Translations under genes and position numbers: made by a program
Notes under the pieces: generated by a model
The model's input: the letters and a program-made list of their open reading frames with translations, nothing else
Database searches by the model: none
Told to the model about the DNA's origin: nothing
Part shown: in pieces, positions 34,959-43,006 of the stretch
Layout of the letters: each line of letters opens with the position of its first letter
How positions within the stretch are numbered: position 1 is the first letter of the stretch
Assembly (NCBI GenBank): GCA_030445695.1
Contig: JASUTF010000001.1
Coordinates: 882-64,881, forward strand
From: Candidatus Iainarchaeum sp.
GTDB taxonomy: Archaea > Iainarchaeota > Iainarchaeia > JAADDC01
Direction of reading: 5' to 3'
Length of the DNA: 64,000 nucleotides

Positions 34959-36761
34959 TTGATAAAAACGAAATGCATTATCGAGCGCCTCCGGTCTGGC
35001 GGCTCCGCTATCTCTGTCGTTCTCCTCATCCTCATGGCCTTCTCCCTGTCCCTCTTCTTCTGGATCTGGGCAAACTCTTTGGTATCGACCACTTCATCCT
35101 CCACGACCTTTGAGAGGCCCTATTCAATATCTCTTGTTGCCCCCTCCTATGCATACAACCCGTCTGCCGGCACGCTCAACGTGTGCGTTCTCGTTCACAA
35201 CATAGACACGAGGGAGATAAACCTTGCGGGCACCACGTTGTCCCTTGAGTCCTCGCGGGGCGTTGAGTCCTACGGTTATTCCAGTTCCGGTGCTGTGGTT
35301 TCCCCCGGTGATGCGGAGAGCGTCTGCTTCTCCGGGGGCAATCCGCCGCCCGGTTACTACACCCTTTCCGTCCATACACCTGACGGAAGTACCTTCTCCA
35401 CGGATGTGCGTATCGGCTCATACTGCTCCACCGATGCGAACTGCCCCGACGTTGTGGATATCTCCGGTGACACCATATACTCCAAGGACATGTTCTGCAA
35501 CGGCGGCTACTGCGATGTAAACACCTCTGAGACGTATGTGTGTTCCGAGGCCAACGCGTCCACCTGTGACTCGGTAGTGGTGGACGGCAACACGTATTAC
35601 TGCGAGGTTCACGGCGACGGCTACGAGTGGACTCCCGCTCTCATCGAGTTCACGGACGATCTGAACGATAACGACTGCGACGGTGTTGTCGAGCGGGAGT
35701 GCAGCTCCTGCCAGTCGTGCACGTATGAGATGAACGTGGTTGCCATGAGCATTGTCTCTAGCGGCCAAGACGCCGTGGTTCGCCTGATGTCGGACATAAA
35801 CGCGACGGATTCGGATCTCGTTTCCACTAATTACTACTGGGGGGCGTCTCGTGCTTGTGTTGCGGTGGAATACGGTGCGGACACTGCATCAAACACCATC
35901 ACGTTCGACGGCGGGGACCACACCGTTGACGTGTCCGGCGGTTCCGGGATTCAGGCATACATGACTTCCGTGCCCATCACGGTTCGCAACGTTGTGGTGC
36001 TGTCTAACGGCTATGGTCTGGTTGCCGACTCCTCGTCGCGCACGGTAACGTTTCAGGACGTGAATGTGACATCACCAGATCTTGGTATTCTTGTGAACAG
36101 CTACTGTACCGTCCGAAGGGCCAACGTACGGTGTTTGAGCGATCCATGGGCCACGGGGATCTGGATAGTTGGTGTTGGCGGCTCAATGCAGGTCTACGAC
36201 ACGAACGTATCCGGCGACTGCTACAAAGGGATAGACGGCATGTTTACCAACAATATCACTCTTTCCAACGTCCGCACAAACATTGCCCTTACTGGCTACG
36301 ACTACGCCATCTCTCCACTTTATCACCACTTCTCTAACGTCTACTGCAGCAACGGGAAGGAGATCAACTACGCTACATACCTTTCCGATGTAAACATATA
36401 CGTTGACGGAAACAAATACTGTGGGTATATTGCCAACCGGGCAGGAATTGATGTGACGATCAGGATCTTTTTGAACGGCCAGACCGTTTCTCGCTTCCTT
36501 ATCGGGAGCGACGGAGGAAACATCATCGTTTACGGCCCGGGAACGATAACGGACGCATACACGGGGCTGTACGCGGAACGCTATGCTGACAGCTTCGTGG
36601 TGGACCTTTCCATGGGCGACGTGAACGTGTGCGGCAACCTGACTGACCTGTACGCGTCGACGCGGATCACATGTGCGAACTGCGGCAACGGATACTATCT
36701 ACGCTACGACACGAGCTCGGGGACCATTAACTGCGACGCCAACTGTCTTGCCCCGTGTTAG
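34959..36761 (+). CDS. Large secreted Cys-rich protein with a putative class III (archaeal type IV pilin-like) signal peptide and parallel beta-helix-like repeats; start uncertain (TTG 34917/34941/34959)
   Basis: N-terminus 'MIKTKCIIERLRSGG|SAISVVLLILMAFSLSLFFWIW' has a short basic n-region, G, then Ser/Ala and a long hydrophobic h-region. The body has about 40 Cys and repeated '...NVxV...G.G' segments ('NVVVLSNGYGLVAD', 'VNVTSPDLGILVNS', 'IWIVGVGGSMQVYDTNVSG'). Confidence 0.55.
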   Translation: MIKTKCIIERLRSGGSAISVVLLILMAFSLSLFFWIWANSLVSTTSSSTTFERPYSISLVAPSYAYNPSAGTLNVCVLVHNIDTREINLAGTTLSLESSRGVESYGYSSSGAVVSPGDAESVCFSGGNPPPGYYTLSVHTPDGSTFSTDVRIGSYCSTDANCPDVVDISGDTIYSKDMFCNGGYCDVNTSETYVCSEANASTCDSVVVDGNTYYCEVHGDGYEWTPALIEFTDDLNDNDCDGVVERECSSCQSCTYEMNVVAMSIVSSGQDAVVRLMSDINATDSDLVSTNYYWGASRACVAVEYGADTASNTITFDGGDHTVDVSGGSGIQAYMTSVPITVRNVVVLSNGYGLVADSSSRTVTFQDVNVTSPDLGILVNSYCTVRRANVRCLSDPWATGIWIVGVGGSMQVYDTNVSGDCYKGIDGMFTNNITLSNVRTNIALTGYDYAISPLYHHFSNVYCSNGKEINYATYLSDVNIYVDGNKYCGYIANRAGIDVTIRIFLNGQTVSRFLIGSDGGNIIVYGPGTITDAYTGLYAERYADSFVVDLSMGDVNVCGNLTDLYASTRITCANCGNGYYLRYDTSSGTINCDANCLAPC

Positions 36762-37153
36762 TCCCTGAACAGCCGGTAATACACGAAACCCATGGCGACG
36801 ATGAGAGCGGCCATTGCCAGCATCTCCGTCCATCCCGCCCCCTTCATTTCCAGAAGGATTGTCTGACGCAGGACGGCTATGAACGCTGCCTCCATTATGG
36901 AGTGTAGATACATCTCCTGGTTCTCCACGTATGTGAAGAGCGTCTTAGCGATTTCCAGCAGGATTATGACGAGAAGCACGTCAGATATGAGCGTTTCGAA
37001 CAATTTCTCATCTCCAGACGCCAACCCTTTGTAGACGTGTGCCGCAGAAATTATCAGGGCTATGGCTGACGCTAAAAGCAGAAACACACCCGTCGCCAGT
37101 TTCATTACTTTTACTGCTCGCTCCCACCCGCTCTTTCGCGCCATTTCTCTCAC
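36758..37153 (-). CDS. Small 4-TM membrane protein, PsiE-like (phosphate-starvation-inducible E family), putative
   Basis: 131-aa, 4 TM helices. Hydropathy and central 'LLEIAKTLFTYVEN' region resemble PsiE. Weak. Confidence 0.35.
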   Translation of the reverse strand: MREMARKSGWERAVKVMKLATGVFLLLASAIALIISAAHVYKGLASGDEKLFETLISDVLLVIILLEIAKTLFTYVENQEMYLHSIMEAAFIAVLRQTILLEMKGAGWTEMLAMAALIVAMGFVYYRLFRD

Positions 37154-37228
37154 CAGAAAGAGTATGTTGGGGGCGCAGCCGGCCGGTCGTGGGGGTGCAG
37201 CCAGCCGCTGCCCGATCTCAGCCCAGTA

Positions 37229-37302
37229 TGGGGGCGGTGGGATTTGAACCCACGACGCACCGGTCTTCAGCCGGACGCTCTCCCAGGCTGAGCTACGCCC
37301 CC
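37229..37302 (-). tRNA. tRNA-Phe (anticodon GAA)
   Basis: Manual fold of the reverse complement: acceptor GGGGGCG/CGCCCCC, D stem GCTC/GAGC, anticodon loop CTGAAGA, T arm GTGGG-TTCAAAT-CCCAC, discriminator A. TATA TTTAAAAAA at 37325-37333 is centred 27 nt upstream. Confidence 0.9.
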
Positions 37303-37383
37303 GTTATTGATCCGCGGGGTTCTGTTTAAAAAACATCTTTTTGTCAGGGATATGAGAATGAATTGGGTTTTCAGACACATGTT

Positions 37384-37806
37384 CTAATACCTGTTTTGTT
37401 TTAGCTGCCGCGGCACTTTCCTCAGAATATCTTTATTTTTCTTGGTCGCTTTTTCTATTTCTCTTTCATACAACAACATGCGAGGGTCTTTTCCTATTCT
37501 TTTTTCTATCTCCATAAGCATCATTTCCTGAAGTTCTCTGATAATCTCTGGTGTTAGTTCAGGACGTTGAGACCGTTGGCGTTCCAGCAAGCGCTTCTTG
37601 AACCTTGAAAACATGCTTTCTTTCGTTCTCGGAAGGTCTTGCTCCAGTTCGCGCATTATTTCACCGTAATTCATTCCAAGGGATTTCAGTTGTCTTTGGA
37701 CATCTTTTTCTATGAACTCTTTGTCGTACTTTCTCATTAGATTAATTATACGTTTCTCACTGACTTGCCGTCTTGGTCTGCGTGGGCGCGGCGCCTCTTC
37801 ATGCAT
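37384..37806 (-). CDS. Hypothetical basic helical protein encoded in a low-GC island next to tRNA-Phe
   Basis: The ORF and its flanks (about 37330-37880) are about 42% GC by eye versus about 57% around them. Protein is Arg/Lys/Glu-rich with no recognisable domain. Confidence 0.4.
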   Translation of the reverse strand: MHEEAPRPRRPRRQVSEKRIINLMRKYDKEFIEKDVQRQLKSLGMNYGEIMRELEQDLPRTKESMFSRFKKRLLERQRSQRPELTPEIIRELQEMMLMEIEKRIGKDPRMLLYEREIEKATKKNKDILRKVPRQLKQNRY

Positions 37807-37894
37807 GTGCCAATATTCTTTTCCTCATTTATAATCATTTCACTGTTCGCTGATGGCGACTTCTCCTTAAAAACACCGTGATTCCTATCCAATC

Positions 37895-38536
37895 GTGGAC
37901 TGGTGGCGCCTTCTCAAACCCGTTGTGGACCAATACTGGACGGAGGATATGCCAGAGCACGTCCAAAGGGATCCATTCAAAACACTCATCGGCTGCATTT
38001 TGTCTCAGAGGACCAGGGACGAAACCACGGACGCCGCATTCCGCCGTCTTTTCTCCAGATATTCTGGGCCGGAAGATCTGGCCCGTGCCGACCCTGCAGA
38101 CGTGGAAGAACTCATCTATCCCGTGGGCTTCTACCGCAACAAGGCAAAGACCATTGTTAAGGCGGCTCGATACATATTATCCGAGTTCGGCGGCCGCGTA
38201 CCTGACCGTTTTGAGGATCTGATAAAGATTCCCGGCATTGGGCGGAAATGTGCGAACATAGTCCTCGCCTACGCCTTTGGAAAGCCGGCCATCCCCGTGG
38301 ACACCCACGTTTACCGTGTGGCCAAGCGTCTGGGCATCGTTCTCGAGAATGCGAAGCCAGAGGACGTGGAGGAAGCCCTGAAACGCATCGTGCCGAGGAG
38401 CGAGTGGATAAAGGTGAACCACGCCCTTGTCCGGTTCGGCCGTGCCGTCTGCCGCCCGGTGGGGCCGAAGTGCGACGAGTGCCCGTTTAAAGATGTTTGC
38501 CGCTACTACAGAACGCATGTCTCTGCCAAGGGGTAA
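37895..38536 (+). CDS. nth: Endonuclease III (Nth), HhH-GPD DNA glycosylase with a 4Fe-4S cluster loop
   Basis: 'LIKIPGIGRKCANIVLAYAFG' HhH-GPD and C-terminal 'CRPVGPKCDECPFKDVC' (C-x6-C-x2-C-x5-C). TATA at 37866-37873 gives a leaderless GTG at 37895. Confidence 0.85.
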   Translation: MDWWRLLKPVVDQYWTEDMPEHVQRDPFKTLIGCILSQRTRDETTDAAFRRLFSRYSGPEDLARADPADVEELIYPVGFYRNKAKTIVKAARYILSEFGGRVPDRFEDLIKIPGIGRKCANIVLAYAFGKPAIPVDTHVYRVAKRLGIVLENAKPEDVEEALKRIVPRSEWIKVNHALVRFGRAVCRPVGPKCDECPFKDVCRYYRTHVSAKG

Positions 38537-39212
38537 AGGGGTTTTACTCGCGGTTCTTACTGTGCTGCTCGTTGCCACTGTTCTTCTTGCCCGGCGCTAT
38601 CCGCTGTGTCCCTATGTTCCGATATCGCTTTCTTTGAAGTGGAAATACGCGGGGACGGCGGACGCCCTCCGTATCTACGACGTTAACGTTCCGCCATCTT
38701 CCGTCATCCAGAGTATTCTTTCGGAATACCCGTCTATTTACTACTACGCCCGTGCAGAAAATGTGGAGGATCTGAACCTCCAGCTCCCGGATCTCCCCAC
38801 TAACGTCTCCTCTGTTTACATGGTGACCGTGAAGGACTTCTGCGGCTTTGAAACGTATGCCGTTGCGGGATCTGACAGTTATTCCCGAATCTACGTCGGT
38901 ATTGTCCCCCTCTCGTCTTCTGTCGTGCCTGTGAAAGGGCTCTTCTGCGAGGGCCTTGCATCGCGTCTTGGAAACGTGCCAACCGTGTCGGAGCTCTCCG
39001 TGCTGGAGGGGAACGTTATCCGCCACTACTGCTACCTGACCGCGGCTCTGGACGAGAACAGCATCCGTACGATTCTTCAGGAGGAAGGGAACTTTGTGGC
39101 TCGCGTTGGCAACGCTGAGGTCTACGCCCTCGACGATAACATCTTCGTGAACCTTGTGCCCGGCGAGCCAGCCGGTCTCATCGCCTACCGGGTGGATGGA
39201 AATGCGCCGTAG
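38517..39212 (+). CDS. Secreted or membrane-anchored hypothetical protein (231 aa)
   Basis: N-terminal 'MSLPRGKGVLLAVLTVLLVATVLLA' signal/anchor. No motif recognised. The ORF-track start at 38427 overlaps nth. Confidence 0.45.
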   Translation: MSLPRGKGVLLAVLTVLLVATVLLARRYPLCPYVPISLSLKWKYAGTADALRIYDVNVPPSSVIQSILSEYPSIYYYARAENVEDLNLQLPDLPTNVSSVYMVTVKDFCGFETYAVAGSDSYSRIYVGIVPLSSSVVPVKGLFCEGLASRLGNVPTVSELSVLEGNVIRHYCYLTAALDENSIRTILQEEGNFVARVGNAEVYALDDNIFVNLVPGEPAGLIAYRVDGNAP

Positions 39213-39699
39213 GTTTCTCATCCCCCTCCTGCTGGCTCTGCTCTCTTTGCTCCTTTACTTCCTTCCCTACGGGGAAAGCGTAGCTAACGCAGACGCCATC
39301 GTTGTTCTGGATCACGTGGTGGACGGGGACACGGTCTGGGTGCGCTCTGTTTACGGGTTCAAGGCGGGCCAGACGTTCAAGGTCCGTCTTGCCGATGTTG
39401 ATACTCCCGAACGCGGCGAACCCGGTTTTGCTGAGGCAACCGAAGAAGTGAATCGCATTCTCTCGTCCTCTCCTTGCATTATCCTCGACGTGGACGATCC
39501 GCCCTACGACCGATATGGCCGCGTCGTTGCCGTCGTTTACGTCCCCGAAGGAAACGTTCTGCTAAACCTGAACGCACACCTCGCAGAGAACGGTTTCGCC
39601 CGCTACGTGGACTATTCCGGATCGTTTCACCCGGAGGACTTTCACCTCTACGTCCCGGTAACGGAAGAAATCAGGGGCCTCATCATACGCTACTGCTGA
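39196..39699 (+). CDS. Secreted thermonuclease (staphylococcal nuclease/SNase-like)
   Basis: Signal peptide 'MRRRFLIPLLLALLSLLL'. 'VVDGDTVWV...RLADVDTPE' and 'YGRVVAVVYV' SNase catalytic motifs. Confidence 0.75.
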   Translation: MEMRRRFLIPLLLALLSLLLYFLPYGESVANADAIVVLDHVVDGDTVWVRSVYGFKAGQTFKVRLADVDTPERGEPGFAEATEEVNRILSSSPCIILDVDDPPYDRYGRVVAVVYVPEGNVLLNLNAHLAENGFARYVDYSGSFHPEDFHLYVPVTEEIRGLIIRYC

Positions 39700-39896
39700 T
39701 CTTTGTTCAGGACCTTTGCCGCTATGTAACCGTTTACCGCGTCCACGGCAATCTTTGCAAACGCCGTTGACGTGCCGAGCAGCACGAACCCCTCAAAAAT
39801 GCGGAAGGACAGAACTGCAAGTACGCCGATTACCAGTGTTGCCAGCGACGCGATGAAGAGAACGAGCCCTATGATCAGAGGCGTCCTATTAGCCAT
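39690..39896 (-). CDS. Possible 68-aa single/double-TM peptide at the 3' end of the MoxR cluster
   Basis: 'MANRTPLIIGLVLFIASLATLVIGVLAVLSF...' inside a longer ORF-track frame. Start inferred. Weak. Confidence 0.25.
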   Translation of the reverse strand: MANRTPLIIGLVLFIASLATLVIGVLAVLSFRIFEGFVLLGTSTAFAKIAVDAVNGYIAAKVLNKDQQ

Positions 39897-40549
39897 GCGA
39901 ACACCGCCCATATGATTACGGGGGCCGTGTATATAATGGTTTCCCGGAGTATCTGCCATAATCCTTTTTTGCGGGGAATATGTTTGGCAAGGAATGCCCT
40001 TGCCTCCGCTTCTGACCTTATCGTGTCCGAGAACGGGAATGCAACCATTTCCAGACCGTAAATTACTGCAAGGAAGAGCACCGCTATGAACGCACCGTAC
40101 GCTATTTTCTCCTGTGGTTCTATCAGTATCAGTGCCCCCAGCCAGGCAGTCGCCGGCTTCGCAAAGTCCCAAATTCTATCTGCTACCCAGAGGATTGCTG
40201 CAATTATGGTTCCCGTTTCCAGGATGAATGAGAGCGCGCCCGCCGGTGTGAGAACTAATCGCTCAGTTTTTTCTGTGAGATACGTTGTTGCCAGCGAGTA
40301 CGTTGTTGCGAGCAGTGCCATGCCAACGCTTCCCGTGAAAATCCCCGCTATCCCGATATACAGCGTTACGACGGGCCAGGCACCGCCAAGACGAAGGAAT
40401 ATTGCCAACAGGAATATGAGGACGGCTGTGAGCGATTTGAGTTCTCCCGGCAAGGGCAGAGGGATCTTTGCCCAGAGCACGGCTGCCAGGGCTGCTTCGC
40501 CAAAGATCAGAGCTGTTTTCTTCCAGTCCTTCAAATCTCTCCCTCCCAT
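39875..40549 (-). CDS. Integral membrane protein (6-7 TM) in the MoxR/DUF58 cluster
   Basis: Hydrophobic 224-aa ORF overlapping the DUF58 gene end by 19 nt. No motif recognised. Confidence 0.45.
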   Translation of the reverse strand: MGGRDLKDWKKTALIFGEAALAAVLWAKIPLPLPGELKSLTAVLIFLLAIFLRLGGAWPVVTLYIGIAGIFTGSVGMALLATTYSLATTYLTEKTERLVLTPAGALSFILETGTIIAAILWVADRIWDFAKPATAWLGALILIEPQEKIAYGAFIAVLFLAVIYGLEMVAFPFSDTIRSEAEARAFLAKHIPRKKGLWQILRETIIYTAPVIIWAVFAWLIGRL

Positions 40550-42015
40550 ATGTGTTCGGGCCTCGCCACCGCTACCGTGGAGCCCTTCTTCGCGATCTCA
40601 ACAGCATAGTCGTGCAAATACCTGTTCCATGCGTCCCCAAGGTTTATCCTGCTCACGCTGGCACCAAAGACGGACCAGAAGATATCCGCCACGGGGAAGC
40701 TCTCCTCTACAGCCCCAAACGCAAGATCATCCAGTATTATGGTGTGGCCCCGCATGCGCGGAAACTCTGCGGGCACTCCTACCGTATCCGTTATCACGAT
40801 GGGCTTGTGACTCTGCCACTCACCTCCCACCCTTTCTATCACCTCTTTGAGCACCCTGTTTTTCTGTCTGGACATCTCGAGCAGCTCCCGCGGGGATACA
40901 ATTCCGTTGAGGTATGCGAAGAGCGCAATCGTCTCTTCCTCCGGTAGAGACGTGAGCCACGGGAGCCGGGAAGAGAGTATCTTCCCCAGTCCTTCCACCG
41001 GGACGTTCAGCCCCACATACTTCAGGAAATCCCTCACCTTGTGCCGGGCTTCCCCCGCGGGTATCGCGTCCGTGCCAACGTCCGGAAAAACACCTGCCAG
41101 GAATTCTAAGGCCCTCCTGTATTGGAATATGCCCGTTTTTGGCTCGAGTATCCAGTAACGTCTGTGTGAATATGCAACGAGGCCCAGTGAGCCCCCGTTT
41201 TTTATCAGCGTCTCGGCGATGCTCGCTGCAAGGGTTGTTGCGTATTCGATCTTTGCCGTTGGTGTCCCAAGGGCCATGCTTGGCGATGCATCGAGATATA
41301 TGATGTAGTCCGGCGTTGCCTCGAAGTGCATCTCTTTGGTATACAGTTTTCCGGTCCTGGCCAGCGCCTTCCACTCTATGCTTTTGAAGGGGTCGCCGGG
41401 CCTGTACTCCCTGAGCTCCAGAAACTCGGTGCCCGGCCCTCTACGTTCCCTGACCGTGTGTGCACCGTAGCGCAGTGCGTAGGGCCGCATTTTCAGCCGT
41501 CTTAACACCGTCACCCGCGGGAACACGCTCACTATGTGCGGCGTCTTTACAGGGTATATCACCGCGTGGAAGGGGCCACCCACGGACGCTCCCAGCCCCG
41601 GCAGCACGTAGGGCCCCCTTTCCGGGAATGTGACCGTGTATTTGAGTTCCACCTCCTCGAGGGGGCCGAGCAGGACGGTCCACTCCGTGCTGCCCGAGTA
41701 TGTTGCCCGCGGGTTCCTTATGTCCCAGACCTTTATTGCCTGCGGGAGCACACCGTTCTTCACGCGCACCGTCACTTCCAGTGGCTTCCCGGGTATTGCG
41801 ACGTCGGAAACCAGCGATCGCTCGATCTTCGGGGCGAATGGGTATATGGACTTTACGGTGACGGTGACTGTGGCAAGAAAAAGGGCTACAATGAGCGCGA
41901 CGGGATATTCGGGCGGTACACCGATCATAAATGCAAGGATCGTCAGTATGATGGGGAGTGCAATTGTGAGGTACGTGTTGGAGGCAGGACGGTGGAATCG
42001 CTTTATCAGGAACAC
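40531..42015 (-). CDS. DUF58-family protein (vWA-like, MoxR partner) with an N-terminal membrane anchor
   Basis: 'FLELREYRPGDPFKSIEWKALARTGKLYTKE' is the DUF58 signature. Two N-terminal TM helices. Confidence 0.75.
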   Translation of the reverse strand: MFLIKRFHRPASNTYLTIALPIILTILAFMIGVPPEYPVALIVALFLATVTVTVKSIYPFAPKIERSLVSDVAIPGKPLEVTVRVKNGVLPQAIKVWDIRNPRATYSGSTEWTVLLGPLEEVELKYTVTFPERGPYVLPGLGASVGGPFHAVIYPVKTPHIVSVFPRVTVLRRLKMRPYALRYGAHTVRERRGPGTEFLELREYRPGDPFKSIEWKALARTGKLYTKEMHFEATPDYIIYLDASPSMALGTPTAKIEYATTLAASIAETLIKNGGSLGLVAYSHRRYWILEPKTGIFQYRRALEFLAGVFPDVGTDAIPAGEARHKVRDFLKYVGLNVPVEGLGKILSSRLPWLTSLPEEETIALFAYLNGIVSPRELLEMSRQKNRVLKEVIERVGGEWQSHKPIVITDTVGVPAEFPRMRGHTIILDDLAFGAVEESFPVADIFWSVFGASVSRINLGDAWNRYLHDYAVEIAKKGSTVAVARPEHIWEGEI

Positions 42016-42016
42016 G

Positions 42017-43006
42017 CTATCGCCCCGGCTCCGGTATCTTGACGGATTTGAGGATCTCTTCCAGCACGTCCTGTACTTTCACGCCTGCCAGCTCGACCTC
42101 TGGTTTGAGTATTACCCGGTGGTTCGTCGCGTCCATGAATATGTACTTGACGTCGTCCGGCAACACGTGGGTGCGGCCCTCCAGGTATGCCCGTGCCTTT
42201 GCTCCGCGCAGGAGGGTGATGGATGCCCTCGGGGACGCGCCGTACATGATTTTCGGGTGTGTTCGCGTGGCAACGACGAGGTCCCTTATGTACTCCTTAA
42301 TGGCAGGGGAGGCGTAGACCCTGTTCACCGCTTCCCGCATCTGGAGCAGATCCCCCTTTGTTATCACCGGTTCTGGGAGCGCGTCGATATTACCCGTTTC
42401 TGCCAGCTGGAGGATCTGAATCTCTTCTTCGGGGGTTGGCAGGTCCATCAGAATGCGGAATGAGAACCGGTCGAGCTGTGCCTCCGGCAGGGGATACGTT
42501 CCTTCCTGCTCGATCGGGTTCTGCGTTGCTATAACGAAGAACGGCTCCTCGAGCGGAAATGTCTGGCCCTCGATGGTTACCTGGCGCTCCTGCATGGCTT
42601 CCAAGAGGGCTGCCTGTGTTTTAGGGGGTGCACGGTTTATTTCGTCCGCCAGGAGAACGTTCGTGAATACTGGTCCCCTGACGAGCTCGAATTTCCCAGT
42701 GTCCTGCCTGTAGATGAATGTGCCAGTTATATCGGCTGGTAGAAGGTCAGGAACGAACTGTACTCTCCTGAACTTCAAACCAAGAGCCGCTGCGAAGACG
42801 CGGGCAATCCTCGTCTTTGCAATTCCGGGTACACCCTCAAGGAGGACGTGTCCCTTTATGAGAATTGCAATGAGCATCTTTTCCAGCACGTCCGTTTTGC
42901 CAGTTATGTACTTGGCGTAGGTTTCCCTCAGCCGCTCGATCGCATTTCCATCAACCATATCTTCACCCTCACGGCAAATGCCCTTATCTTGCTTATATGC
43001 TTCCAA
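42017..43006 (-). CDS. MoxR-family AAA+ ATPase
   Basis: 'HVLLEGVPGIAKT' Walker A, 'VLLADEINRAPPKTQAALLEAMQE' Walker B/sensor. About 320 aa. Confidence 0.85.
   Translation of the reverse strand: MEAYKQDKGICREGEDMVDGNAIERLRETYAKYITGKTDVLEKMLIAILIKGHVLLEGVPGIAKTRIARVFAAALGLKFRRVQFVPDLLPADITGTFIYRQDTGKFELVRGPVFTNVLLADEINRAPPKTQAALLEAMQERQVTIEGQTFPLEEPFFVIATQNPIEQEGTYPLPEAQLDRFSFRILMDLPTPEEEIQILQLAETGNIDALPEPVITKGDLLQMREAVNRVYASPAIKEYIRDLVVATRTHPKIMYGASPRASITLLRGAKARAYLEGRTHVLPDDVKYIFMDATNHRVILKPEVELAGVKVQDVLEEILKSVKIPEPGR

Noticed and set aside
37168-37205. Tandem GGGGGYGCAGCCRGCC 16-mers beside tRNA-Phe as possible att remnants
   Set aside because: They share only 8 nt (TGGGGGCG) with the tRNA 3' end. 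They lie inside the PsiE-like ORF, so chance similarity in GC-rich coding DNA is more likely.
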